The translations under genes were made by a program, and so were the position numbers. This document shows positions 46,901-57,700 of a DNA stretch of 64,000 nt, one piece after another. Every line of letters begins with the position of its first letter. Position 1 is the first letter of the stretch. The DNA lies in IMG/VR virus record IMGVR_UViG_3300010883_028422, positions 1 to 64,000 of that record; one strand, given 5' to 3'. The DNA comes from a virus. The notes beneath the pieces were generated by a model. That model saw only the letters and a list, made by a program, of their open reading frames with translations, had not been told where the DNA came from and did not search any database.

Positions 46901-49193
46901 AGACTCATTAAAGTTTTTTGGAATTTTAGTAGAAGACACGGGCTCCTCCTCTGGCGGCTCTTTTGACGGGGTTAATGCTTCGTTATATACAGAACGTCAG
47001 GGGTTTGGCGATAAGGTTCTTGGTGCATTAACAAAGGGTGCGAATCTTATAGATGCGGGAAATGACAGCGGTACCCTTGGATTTTCTATGGATATTAATG
47101 GTGGAGAGCCAGAGGGCGATATACTTCTTGGTGATACAGAGACTTTAATTGGTGATTTTGATCCAATATCTCAAGAAGTTATGTCTATATCGGGTGGTGG
47201 AAGGAATATAATAGGTGAGTTGTTTCCGACAAAATTAGTAAGCGGGCCACCAGACAATGTGAGCACCGGAGGAATGTTCGGGTCCTCATCTAAGGTGAAC
47301 GTTGTTGCGGTAGCAAGAATATCTGTAGTGGAGGGTATACGAAGATCATTTAAGAAGCTATCTGGAATAGACCCATTGTCGAGTTTTGCGAGCGGAAGAT
47401 CTATTGGGCCGGATGATTTTGCATCTGGAAATACCGCAATACCTGTTGATAGATTGTCTTCTTCAATTACAAATTCTATGAAGGCTCAAAATCAAATGAA
47501 TGAGTCTATACAGGTGACTAAAAAGTTTGAACTACTAAAGGTTCTCGAGAATGCAATTTCTGGCAGAGATAGTAAGGTTTCCACGTTAAAAAGAAATATT
47601 GCAAAACAAGAAGAGCTGGAGGAGGTCGAAAGGGCTCTTTCTAGCGGATACGAGGACCCATTTGACCAGATGCTTGAGCAGGCAGATGACCCAGATGCCC
47701 TTATTACAAACGAAAGTGGATGGCTCAATGTGGCAAAGGGCATATATGATGTAACAAAGCAGTCCATAGATATATTGACGGGTGACGCAACAGAATCAAC
47801 TTTGTGGGATCACTTGATTATAGATGATACGAGGAACTACCTTGGACCGGGGTCTGGGAAGAGATTTGTTATAAAAAATCATAATATTATACGTGCAGAT
47901 TTCAAAGAAAGACCTCCGGATTTTACAAGGATAAACGTTGTTGGTGATGCTCCAATTTATGGTGATGCATACAGAAAGTCGTTTCAGGGTGTTGCATTTT
48001 GGTGCGGAGCAACTGACTTTGATCTATGGCGACAGTACGGATACAAGCAAGGCGGAGATGTTAAGCTTAATTTTGCCAGCAACGCAGAGCTTCAATGTAA
48101 GCCGTATGCTCTTATGCAGCTTCAAATGCAGCGAGCAAAAATAAACTCTGGTTCAATAACTTTGGTTGGAAACGAATATTATCAGCCGGGAGATGTTATT
48201 TATGTTCAATATAAAAACTTACTCTACTATGTTACCCAGGTAAATCACTCCTTTCAGATGGGTGGTTCGTTTACCACAACGCTTGCGCTAACAAATGGCC
48301 ATCCAGTTGGAACATATTTGCCAAGCCCATTTGATATAATAGGACAACAATTTGTTGGGAATCCATTGCATGAAAATATATTAGTTCATAAAAATGTAAC
48401 AGGTGATGATGGCTATATTCCATTGCAGCCAGATTGCGCTATTATATTTCCCAGCAACACGGGGTCGGGAGAGGGCGATAATAAAATAACTGGAGATAAT
48501 TTAAGTACATTGTTAGATTATCAGAATAATCAGCAGAGATATTATAATATGATGTTGGATCTATCATCAAAAAGTGTTATGACGGACGATACGTATGTTG
48601 TGATAAGAGGGTTTGTTAATAATAATACGGCAAAGGCAGAGGTCCAGGATAGAATGAAGATTATGCGGGACTTGTTGGTAGACCCCGTGCAGATAACACA
48701 GGGTCAGTTCTCTTCGATGGGCGGAGATGATACTCTTGATCTTCTTAGGAGTATGGGCGGCGGTGCAAAAAATAGTACAAAAGGTATTGTCACAATGATA
48801 CTTCCAAACGGCTCTTTGGCTCGCTCTGTACCTGAAGATAAAATAATAATGCAGACCGTTAATTTATCAGGAGGAAATAAAACTGTTCAATATGATATAG
48901 AGTGTATGAACAGGGGTATATTCAATAGATATGAAATTGAGCAAGGAAACGTTTCTAGCTCTGCAGTATCAGATATATCGTCTGACTCCAGAGGTATGTT
49001 TTCATCCAGCTCCTTTTGGCTTAGTGAGGATGAAGAGAAGAATATAAAAGAAGCAACTATAAAGGAGTCAAAGAACAAATTTCCAAATGGTGGCCCAAGT
49101 CAAGGTACATGGCTTCATTTTAGGGATGCGCTTGCCGATGGTGATAACGCGGCAGTGCATAGAGTCATAGAGGTTGGAATTATAAACTTATAA
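43917..49193 (+). CDS. Baseplate hub protein (gp27/gp44/gpD-like), greatly enlarged
   Basis: VFGGFVTNTSS...VTVNCVDNMEWL and C-terminal SGSITLVGNEYYQPGDVIYV...YYVTQVNHSF...FTTTLALT are hub-family patterns, separated by long insertions. Confidence 0.72.
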   Translation: MAISDPSAMSGGIADRLAAGLEQYSDYVTSNEGETSYEEVGQEVQKIISEKTNRVDLVEDGVSTYLNQNRSESIRPNTRNIVSMAPEAVILIKKKAFSALKSTNDLQWMDKTEKFLLRATKTLFAYKVTQIRAYEALTKLDDYYEKNRSVNLLLFSEFLFNMKMLALPESTNDQQSNYLIEQFTLRYGPSEAWSAAQRDEFQREIGAISESQLSLSIDGRIDLLVSNVRRNMGDIDYGAMDVSEFAAITSILKRNAFGADSGLTTWIVDPSNTDNFTTGPGTGVIELTLFNSFSTNCSNTPTPSQTSFTIEDPYRITDIIEDDIEIAINEALSGSIGILSAMSGQSGVMASQKSSVPLIDGSMIGSSMLEVMGLGSMDDTLDIDYVRDRLRTFYLGRPFINAADSVNIFIRGNRMTDDYSNSGAALNSLSVMDSSEFAVDEVMLKAEKKLYAGNVNEDVLDLDAYIRMRDKSSLSMVHVFGGFVTNTSSSFNGGKNTVTVNCVDNMEWLKWSRVIGQPALNDPQGLLEDPVTPFDIKTDASGSMVFEDAPELLYENKILIGTGLLTYNSGILNGQFASEGNIVQGQYNLGGSLFGAMKVQAPSGFVYRWKSGIVTATAGLTSNNPMFNDWSNISQYTEGYGVSIGDDVFNNLDTANILSMLIVGQPYNVDSFIRQAYEIQGISGTNASTLSSLDPLFSVLNATRKQNLKFGNFKPYRVITLSASSAERLASDSVLKTQTNTKIEQLQKRKAELSSMIRQLNSKSTSGASKSSSITSSLFSEIKSIDAGIQEQLARANMDNNSLNNAGFDTSFNLFGETQDMANSGNYEADQNISRAMTQVGAQRRVDDVRMNNDQNLFMISDQYDSNTEIKQYIFQLKKGGWNLFSGQFYTSYEKCVEASAIIDLEFFCNTAGHLELRPPQWNRTPLSVLKDYLELSKSENKNIIPEFLQNLFQTRIQSLRREVHGLNVKIALTSLLLGFFPDKSIIPGVPISGPDSLKFFGILVEDTGSSSGGSFDGVNASLYTERQGFGDKVLGALTKGANLIDAGNDSGTLGFSMDINGGEPEGDILLGDTETLIGDFDPISQEVMSISGGGRNIIGELFPTKLVSGPPDNVSTGGMFGSSSKVNVVAVARISVVEGIRRSFKKLSGIDPLSSFASGRSIGPDDFASGNTAIPVDRLSSSITNSMKAQNQMNESIQVTKKFELLKVLENAISGRDSKVSTLKRNIAKQEELEEVERALSSGYEDPFDQMLEQADDPDALITNESGWLNVAKGIYDVTKQSIDILTGDATESTLWDHLIIDDTRNYLGPGSGKRFVIKNHNIIRADFKERPPDFTRINVVGDAPIYGDAYRKSFQGVAFWCGATDFDLWRQYGYKQGGDVKLNFASNAELQCKPYALMQLQMQRAKINSGSITLVGNEYYQPGDVIYVQYKNLLYYVTQVNHSFQMGGSFTTTLALTNGHPVGTYLPSPFDIIGQQFVGNPLHENILVHKNVTGDDGYIPLQPDCAIIFPSNTGSGEGDNKITGDNLSTLLDYQNNQQRYYNMMLDLSSKSVMTDDTYVVIRGFVNNNTAKAEVQDRMKIMRDLLVDPVQITQGQFSSMGGDDTLDLLRSMGGGAKNSTKGIVTMILPNGSLARSVPEDKIIMQTVNLSGGNKTVQYDIECMNRGIFNRYEIEQGNVSSSAVSDISSDSRGMFSSSSFWLSEDEEKNIKEATIKESKNKFPNGGPSQGTWLHFRDALADGDNAAVHRVIEVGIINL

Positions 49194-49291
49194 TGCTATT
49201 AAATAACTTACTATTTTAATACCTATTTGGTAACATAGTAAGATAGACAATTGTCTTATGAAAATCATTTATTATTTTTATTGGTTTAGGT

Positions 49292-51703
49292 ATGATTGGC
49301 GAATTTTTTGAAGCAAAAATAGTTAAGGTTGGTAAGAGGGGTAGGAAGGCTGGCACCTGCACCTTGGTCTCCATTGTTAATGGAGAGGCTGGCAAGACGA
49401 TTGATGATGTCCCACTTCCACAGCAGTCGGGCAACTCTCACGTTGGAACGTTTGTTGACTATCCAAAGGGAACTAGAGTCCTTGCGTTTTTTGCCCCGTC
49501 TGTAACTAGGCATTCAGTCACAATATTGAATGTATTTTCCGAATCGCATCTTCCTGGAGATGGCACCCTAGATCCGATGGACATGGATGCAAACATTCTT
49601 AGCAATCCAAGAATGGGCGATTCTGTTTCGTCTCCAGACGCCATAATGAGAGGTTCCGCAGGCTCAGATGTTGGAGTTTATAAATCAGGGGATGTAAGGC
49701 TATCTACGAGCAGGGGGAGCGGTCTTTTCCTGAGAAGGCGAAATTGGGGTGATAGCATGTACCTGTCATCTCATATTATGATAGGTCATAGCAACTCTCA
49801 TAGCTCTGTATATGGAAACGTGATAAGGGTTTTTGGAGAAGATAGAGCTGCTCATCAGCCAGGAGAGTTTTATCAAAACGATCTTAAATGTGACTTTAAT
49901 CAAGATAATCCATCGGGAATGCATGAAGTTGGGATGTTCCCATTAAGCAAGTCTTGTGACACAAAAGGTGTTATGGATTATGAGAGAAACCCTAGAAGGG
50001 CCGAATATGTTTTAAAGATAAAAGAGTATGCTGAGCAATCTGTATTTAGGGGCTTTGATAGCGAAGTTAAAATGCAGAGTGGTGATTCGAGCATAGTTGA
50101 TAATGCCCATACTCACTCCAGGGATCTTAGCACCACAAATAGGCTGCATATGCCGGAAAATGAGCTAATAGAAATAATAGCGGGAAATCTTGTTGATATA
50201 AATGGAAATATATTAGATATAAATTATAACAATGTTGTTCTTGGCGATATAAATGGCGCATATCCAAGGGGTGACAACAGGCCACTAGAAGAGATCATAG
50301 GCGTTGATAGCATGTTAAAAAGCAGGCGTGAGATAGGATATCATTTTCAATTATCTACAAATGTTTTATCAACACATTCAAGCACAAATACAACAAATTT
50401 TACATTAGATATAGATAAAGAGGGCGTTTTAAAAATTAACGTTCCAAAGTCATCAAGCACTGGTAATGTTCCGTTTGTCTCTACGGCAGACTACCTGGGT
50501 CCAGGCGATAGCGTTCGGGTAACGTATGATAATCCAAGCAAGAGTGAGCCCGTACCCATAACCCTGTGGAGTGATATTCTTAAGACAAATGATACAGATG
50601 ATGATGGCACAGTAGACAAAGATGTTCAAACTATCGGTGGAGTCTTCAGAAAGCCTCTGCTGCCCAGAGCAAAGACTCTTATTAAAAGAGATACTGGAGT
50701 TGAGTATCAAAATCCTGATGAAAATCAATATTTTCCACCAACAAATAGTGGCGCAACAAAGTCTAGAATTAGGGTTAATACAACAAAATATCATAATATG
50801 TATGCGGCAGCGGAAAGAGCTATAGCCAATAGAATTGCGACAATCGAAATGCATAGAATAGGAAATAAAAGCCTGGTGAAGAGCAGCCCGTATGGGAAGC
50901 AATTTGAGGTGCTTCCTCTAACGAAATTTAACAAGGATGAGCAGCTTGACCCCCCATATCCTTACGATAGAAGCGTTGTAACTGTAAATCCCGGCTTTCC
51001 GGCCATAAACCCGGGAGGCAAAGATTGCGTTGTCGCCGGGAGTGAAGTTACTGAGTGGGAGACGTATTCTAATAGTTATACAACAACTACAGACAAGGAT
51101 GGCCCAAGGCCGGAGCAGGCTGCCAAAGGTGATGGATTTTCTAAAACATTAGATCCTGGTGGTAAAAGTGCAAATATAAACTTTGAAGGCAGCATTGAAA
51201 TGTCTGTTGGAGAAGACAATTATGATGCAAAAAGCATTGTTTTAGATACGGCAGGCTCTCTTATTGCGTGGCTTGGTAAAGATCGCGCGGGAAGGAGCGC
51301 TGTTTTACAGACAGATGGGGAGGTTGTAATTAATATCGGAGGAAGTTACGGAGACCCTGGAAATTCTATGGAATTCACAAAAATAAGTGATAGAAAGCAG
51401 TTTGAAAGTGGGTTTAATCCAGGAAGGCTTGATATAAAAGTTAATGTCGGAGATAAAGGATTTGTCGGAACATCCGGATCTAGTGTTGATGGCTCGAATG
51501 TTTATAGAACTGGAGACTATACTATATCAATAAGCGATAAGGGGCTGGTTATCGCCGGGTGCAACACTGGTGCGCCAATGATTATAAGAAATGATGGAAA
51601 TATAAGTATAGAGGCGACAAACAAGCTTAAGCTTTATGGTGGACACTCAATAGAGCTTATTGATGGAAAGCAGAAGCCAAAGACTCTTAAGGTGGACCAC
51701 TAA
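49292..51703 (+). CDS. Baseplate central spike protein (gp5/gpV-like)
   Basis: N-terminal OB-fold-like FEAKIVKV...TIDDVPLP...YPKGTRVLAFF. C-terminal beta-strand repeats (ISISDKGLVIAG...IIRNDGNISIEATNKLKLYG). Follows the hub. Confidence 0.65.
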   Translation: MIGEFFEAKIVKVGKRGRKAGTCTLVSIVNGEAGKTIDDVPLPQQSGNSHVGTFVDYPKGTRVLAFFAPSVTRHSVTILNVFSESHLPGDGTLDPMDMDANILSNPRMGDSVSSPDAIMRGSAGSDVGVYKSGDVRLSTSRGSGLFLRRRNWGDSMYLSSHIMIGHSNSHSSVYGNVIRVFGEDRAAHQPGEFYQNDLKCDFNQDNPSGMHEVGMFPLSKSCDTKGVMDYERNPRRAEYVLKIKEYAEQSVFRGFDSEVKMQSGDSSIVDNAHTHSRDLSTTNRLHMPENELIEIIAGNLVDINGNILDINYNNVVLGDINGAYPRGDNRPLEEIIGVDSMLKSRREIGYHFQLSTNVLSTHSSTNTTNFTLDIDKEGVLKINVPKSSSTGNVPFVSTADYLGPGDSVRVTYDNPSKSEPVPITLWSDILKTNDTDDDGTVDKDVQTIGGVFRKPLLPRAKTLIKRDTGVEYQNPDENQYFPPTNSGATKSRIRVNTTKYHNMYAAAERAIANRIATIEMHRIGNKSLVKSSPYGKQFEVLPLTKFNKDEQLDPPYPYDRSVVTVNPGFPAINPGGKDCVVAGSEVTEWETYSNSYTTTTDKDGPRPEQAAKGDGFSKTLDPGGKSANINFEGSIEMSVGEDNYDAKSIVLDTAGSLIAWLGKDRAGRSAVLQTDGEVVINIGGSYGDPGNSMEFTKISDRKQFESGFNPGRLDIKVNVGDKGFVGTSGSSVDGSNVYRTGDYTISISDKGLVIAGCNTGAPMIIRNDGNISIEATNKLKLYGGHSIELIDGKQKPKTLKVDH

Positions 51704-54700
51704 TGAGCGCCCTTACCAGTGGATTTGTCGGGATAAAGTTATCTTACAATGTTGTAGGTGATACCAAGGTAACGGGATGCGGATCCGATTGTGTTGAGGC
51801 AGCAGAGGTTGGCGAAGATCTTGTTATGCTTTACCCAACAAAGCATGATATTAACTGGGGCGTAACCGGCAAGGTTCCCATACCTTTATCTGGCGGGGTT
51901 ATATTAAAAATACCGGGGCCAAAAGATGAGCCGAATCATGCGGCAAATGATGCTGATAGACTAAATGCACTTTTATCAGCAATAAGAGATGATGGGATGC
52001 TAGCAGCGCACCTTGCCGTAGAGGAAGAGGAAGAGGAAGTCGGGGGGAGTGGCGGCAGCTTGCTTAATCGCGGAACAACTCTTGGCTCGAGTGAGGCCGA
52101 GACCGAAGACTACCCCGCGTATTTTCTGGTCAACCAGGCGAAAAAAGAGCTGAATAGGGTTTTGTATAACATTTCAAAGAATGAAGGCCTTACTACTGGA
52201 TACAAAAACTTAGAAGATTTAAAAATTATAATAGGCACAAGCACTATTGAAGACCCGTCAAAAATTGAGACGGGCAATGATTGCGCTATTAGTTCTGATA
52301 TAAAGTCATGCTTTGAGTTAACATATATACCATTAGAAGTTATATGTGGAACAAAAAGTATAGCCCAAATGTTTGGTGAAAGATTCAAGAATGTTTATGG
52401 AGTCTGCGGGAACTCATATGATAGAATCGCAGATTATATGAATTCTGACGAACATTCAGGCCCGGATGATTTTGAAGGAGACAAGGTTCTTACGCAAGAT
52501 GGAGAGATTACTTCGGCTGTTGCAGATTTAATGGGGAAGCTTGGTGGTGGAATTGATATACTTGCGCTTTTGGCAGGATTATTTAATTTAGACTTTTTCC
52601 CATTAGACATTGAGGCAATTATTATGGCTCTTGCGGGGGATCTTGTGGCGGAAATTGCCGGCGCTATAGGTATAGAGTTTGGAGAGATGGAGTTAGCTGA
52701 AAAAAAGAGAATGCTTTTGGCACAGCTATTAGACGTGCTTAAAGAGACGCAAATTAGAGAGCTTTTGCTTGAATTTTTTCCAATACAAAATGTTGAAGAA
52801 GAGCTTGTTAGGGGCACCGGCAAGATCGCCCTAGATCGTCGTGGGTTTTATACGATGCACAAAGGGGAGATTTTTATAAAACTTCCAAACATGTCGTGTA
52901 TGGACGCCGCCGGGTTTGTGCCCGCAGGGGTTTTTTATGATACTGTAGATGGTAAAGCTGTTTTAAATAGAGTCTTCTTTATAGAGCAACACTATCAGAA
53001 AAAGATTACAAGGTGGGGTTTCCTCCCCCTGCCTCCTCCAGCTCCATTGATAGAGAATGGTAATGACATTACGTTTCCAGAGACAAGTGATGTTGAGTTT
53101 TTAGTTGACGGCATAAATCTCCCCGAGGGCCAGGGGAAGCATACATACTTTTTATCGCCAATAGCAGACCCCGTAGGAAAGCTCGATGTCAATCAGTTTC
53201 AATGCAATAAAGAGGGTAGGGAGCTATTTACTGCTCCATTAATTACAAGATTTATATTTGCACCAAGTGAAGCGAAGGCCGGCCCTTATGATGATTACCA
53301 AGCCTCTGTAGGCATAGCTATATTTGACGCTATGATCCGCAAGAGCGTAGGCCGCTATGGCGCTATGGGCGATTTGTTTGAGACATCTACGACTTTTGGC
53401 GAGAACAAGGATGGGGATAAGACGCTAATAATAAAGAAGCAAAATTTGGACGGTGCCGCTGCAGAGTCTGTAAGAAAGCTGGGCGATGCACAGATGTTGG
53501 TTGCGTTTATGCTTTATGAACTAGGAGACCTTGCTGGTGCGGAGAGCACAGTGAACACAGCTCAGGGGTTTTATGACACGGCAGAGTTTATTCTTGGGAA
53601 GGTAGATGAAACAGAAGAAATTAGGATTTTAAATATTGGATTTCCACTGACGGATCCAAGTCAGACCTTTGCCGGGGATGCAAAATATCTAATTGGCGAA
53701 AAAAATAGGGCAGACTTAATTCTTGCTCCGCTTCGAGTTGCGATGTCTGGATCGACAAAGAACAATAGGTTGCATAACAATCCTGGGATAAATGGACTAA
53801 GCAATTTATATTCATCAAATAGACCAAAGTTTTGTTCTCTTCCCAAAGATGGCGATTATGCTAGTTCACACATACCTGAGTTCTTTTGGATACCATGCTC
53901 TGAAGAAGGCAAGGTTGGAGAGAGCATAAAGTTAAAAGTAAAGGCTGATGAATTAAAGCTTAGATTTGTAAAAAGAGAGGTAAAGTTTGCTTTATACGCT
54001 GTAGACATAATGGGTCAAATAGCAAGAGCTCCAAATGGGTTAATATCTTTTGACTCTCCCGCACCATCTATAGAGGAGGTCCTTCCGTCAGGGTGCGCTG
54101 GCGGCGGAAGAATAACCACTGATACATTTTTCACGTTAAGAATTGTTGGCTCTGACCTAGGAAATGTAAAGACGATTGTGTTTGACGGACCAAACCAAAA
54201 GATTACATTTTCTTCTTCTAGTGGTGGTGATTATAATGTAAGTGTTGACGATGAGACAATACAGATAACTTTTGCTGGAAATGCATCTCCGGTAAAGTCA
54301 ACCTTTGGAAGCTGGGGCTTTACGAATGGTGAGTGGGAATGCACCCTGATTGATGGTGATAGAAGGGAGTCTAAGCAAGAGGTGTCATTATATGTTAGTC
54401 TTGCTGATGAAGAGCTTCCGAGTACATGCTCATCTAGCCTTGCATATATACCGCATGATTCATTTTCTGCACCAGGATTTGATGATGAAATTTATGGGGT
54501 TCCATTATATTTGGATGAGAGCAATAATGCAAATATAGAGATAGGGTCTAAATCTAAATTATTTAGTGGCAAATATGACGGTCTTCATGCATATTTAGCC
54601 GTACAGATTGGCGCCGGTGTTGACGAGAGATGCGATACATTTTCATTTGCAGAAGACAGGATCGAGGTATTTATAAATATTGATGGAAGAAACCAGAGGG

Positions 54701-57700
54701 TTATTCTTATAAAGTCTATTGAGTACGAGTTTTCTGCGTCCGCTCTGTCTGGATTTTATAAAAAGCCTACCTTCTGGGGCTGGGGATCTGGGAAAAAGGC
54801 AATTATCGAGTTTCCTGGCAAATATAACAAATTAAACTTTACGCCATTAGTCGATATGTCTAGTGTATTTTTTATAGTTACAAATAGAAAGATAGATGAG
54901 TACGAATATACAGACAACAGCATAATGGATGATGGAACATATTCTTTCGTTAGAGTTGGAGATAATACAAATAAAGACTCGGATGGCAACCTTAATCCGG
55001 GATTTATTGTTTCCCCAAGAATCGCCGGAATAATAGCGCTTGTTCCGGAGAAAGTTAGCGACGGAACCACGACGTATGATGGATACAATACTCTTCCGAT
55101 GGAGATATCTGCAAATTTAGAGAAGTTTATAAAAGACGACTTAGGCTTTGGGGGTTCAAAGCTTGCCCACAGGGCTGTCAAAACTCAAGGCTATTTTCAA
55201 AATTTGGCCATTATATTTACCGGCTCTATGATATCTCCAGATCCAGAAAAGAGTTATTCTTTCTTTTGGGGCAAAACTCCAGATAAAAAGAATAATTTAA
55301 AGAAGAAGCTTAAATCTAAGATAAAGAAAGTTCCCGGAATGCCAGGGTATATGTATGCGGTATTTGAAGACGTTAGTACGACAGAAACTGGTAGTGATAT
55401 CGGGTTGTTTTTAACTCATGCAGATAAGAAGTTTAATCCATTAGGACTTTATTCCTCAGAGACCTTATATTTTAAAGCAACAACTAATGATATAAATTAT
55501 GTAGAGGCAGATATTGATGATGAGGATCTCTCGCTAACTCTACCTGATGATATAAATAAGTTGCTTGAGCCATTGCTTGCGGGGCCCTCCGGCCCCGGCA
55601 ATGATGCATTAACTAAAAGAAGAGACGATGGTATTAATCATTATTTAATTCCAATTAAGGCCAGATCAAATATAGATATGGCTATGCCAGGAGCAGTAGC
55701 TAGTTCGTTAGGCGAGGTCCTTTCTTTGAAAGCTGGAGAGCCAGTTGCAAATGCTACGGGAATAGGCAATACGGTAGCTGTGACAATACCAAAGCAAAGT
55801 GTTGTGCCGCATGGTGATTATTTTACAGGCGAAGTTGGTGGAAAGCCGGTTACAAGAATCATCACCACAATACAAATATCCCCAAATCAGCCTGCATGGG
55901 TTGTCCCAGAAATATATCAGCTTCAAATTGGAGGCCAGATTGAAAATACAGAAGAGGGGATGAAGAAACTTGATTGGGGCAAGCAAGATTCTATAAAAGT
56001 GTGGGCCAGGGGCGCTTCGTTAACAAAAGATTGGGCTATTGTTTTTGATGTAGCTAACGATGGAAGGGGGGCTATACCGCTTATTAATCGCAGTGTTGAA
56101 AAAATAAAGCCTGGTGACTTTATGTTTGATGCAGAGTTGTCGCCCTTGCTTAAGGCGGCATTTGCTACAAAGCCAAAGGGCGATGGAAACACGGTCTCAT
56201 GCATGCCGGGCCTTGGGCTGTCTGACACAAATTTAAAATATGACTCCGCTAAGGCTACGCTTGGCTCTGTGGTGACTTTGGACATGACCACCGTTATGAA
56301 GAATATGATGAATGGTCCGCATAAGAATAAGCGAAGATCTCCGGGGCTATGGAAGCCTGTTCCGAAGCTTACGCTAGGACCGGTAAAGTTGCAGCTTCCC
56401 GTTATCAATCCAGCCTTAATGCAATCGTTTTGTGATTTCTCCTTTCACCTAACCGGAGAGCTAAAGGTTCACTTAGAACAATTTTATATTTTATGTATTC
56501 CGATCCAAGTTTTATTGTGCATTATTGATGTTATATGCGCATTGTTAAATCCGTTCAAACTTGTTTTGGCAATAATAAGATTATTTGAATGCCTATTTGA
56601 TTTGCTGCTTCTTTTGCCACAAATATCTATTCCGGTCATGTTTTTAAACTTAGTGCTTCATCTTCTTGAGATATTAGAGTGCATAATAAGAAAGATACTC
56701 TGGTTGATATTGGCAATTAATGCGCTGGTTATAGCGTTTAAAAATGCTATACCTATAAATCCAGAGACCAATGAGATTGACTACAGGTATATAGATTGGG
56801 AAGCGATACAGACACTCGAAGAGACCATTGGTGAGTACTTATTTGATATGGAGGCGGACTTAGACTTCCTTGGTCCAGTTATGAGCGTTCTGGGGATGTT
56901 CTTGCAGCTTCTGCAGCTATTATTTAGATTCCCATGTCGCATAAATCCAAGCGGTGGTTCATATATCTGCGGTATAGACGGCTCAATGTTGGGCGGCTTA
57001 ATCAGAGGCAAGGCGATGCCCGCTGAAGGTTCAATAGATACAAACTACTTGTTGCCGGTTGCACAGGTTTATTCTAAAGAAGAGGGCGAGATTAAGGGTG
57101 TTGGTAAGACAGATGATGAGAGGACTGTCATCTTGGGTTGTTTTTCCGGCTCTACACATCTGTACTTGCCTCATATGACTTCGGAAATTGGGAAAGTATA
57201 CGCTCAGGAGTCAGATTCTGATGGTACATTGCTAACAAACCTGATAGATGATGGAACATATGATAAAAAATCATATAGGGCCAAAGGTAGTGGAGGCGAT
57301 GTTAGTAGCATTGGTGACCTAACTTTTACAGCCTCTATAACAAAGTCTGTTGCCGGTTTTAATCTTTTTGAGAGTGACCCGAAGCTTACAACCTTTCACT
57401 TTAATAGCTCCTATGAGGGCTGGTGCTTTCCCGTTCCGTGGAAACCAGCCGATGGTGCCGGATCTTGGTCTTATCCAATTAGAAGCTATATAGATCTTCC
57501 CAGGCCGGGAGATTCGCCATTGGTTCTTTTTGATGATAGCGACATTTCTATTCTGAAGACAAAATCTGGTGGGAATTTTGTAAGCCCTCACGACGGATAT
57601 TCATTTTTAAAGGGCATTGAGACCGACTTAGAGAGAAACGTTAAGCCCCTAACGGTTACTTTTGAGTGGTCTGAGTTTACTGTTAATCCAGATACTGGAG

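Noticed and set aside
57139-57156. CFSGST resembling an intein/Hint N-terminal block
   Set aside because: No block B (TxxH), no C-terminal HN-[CST] and no homing endonuclease motifs follow.
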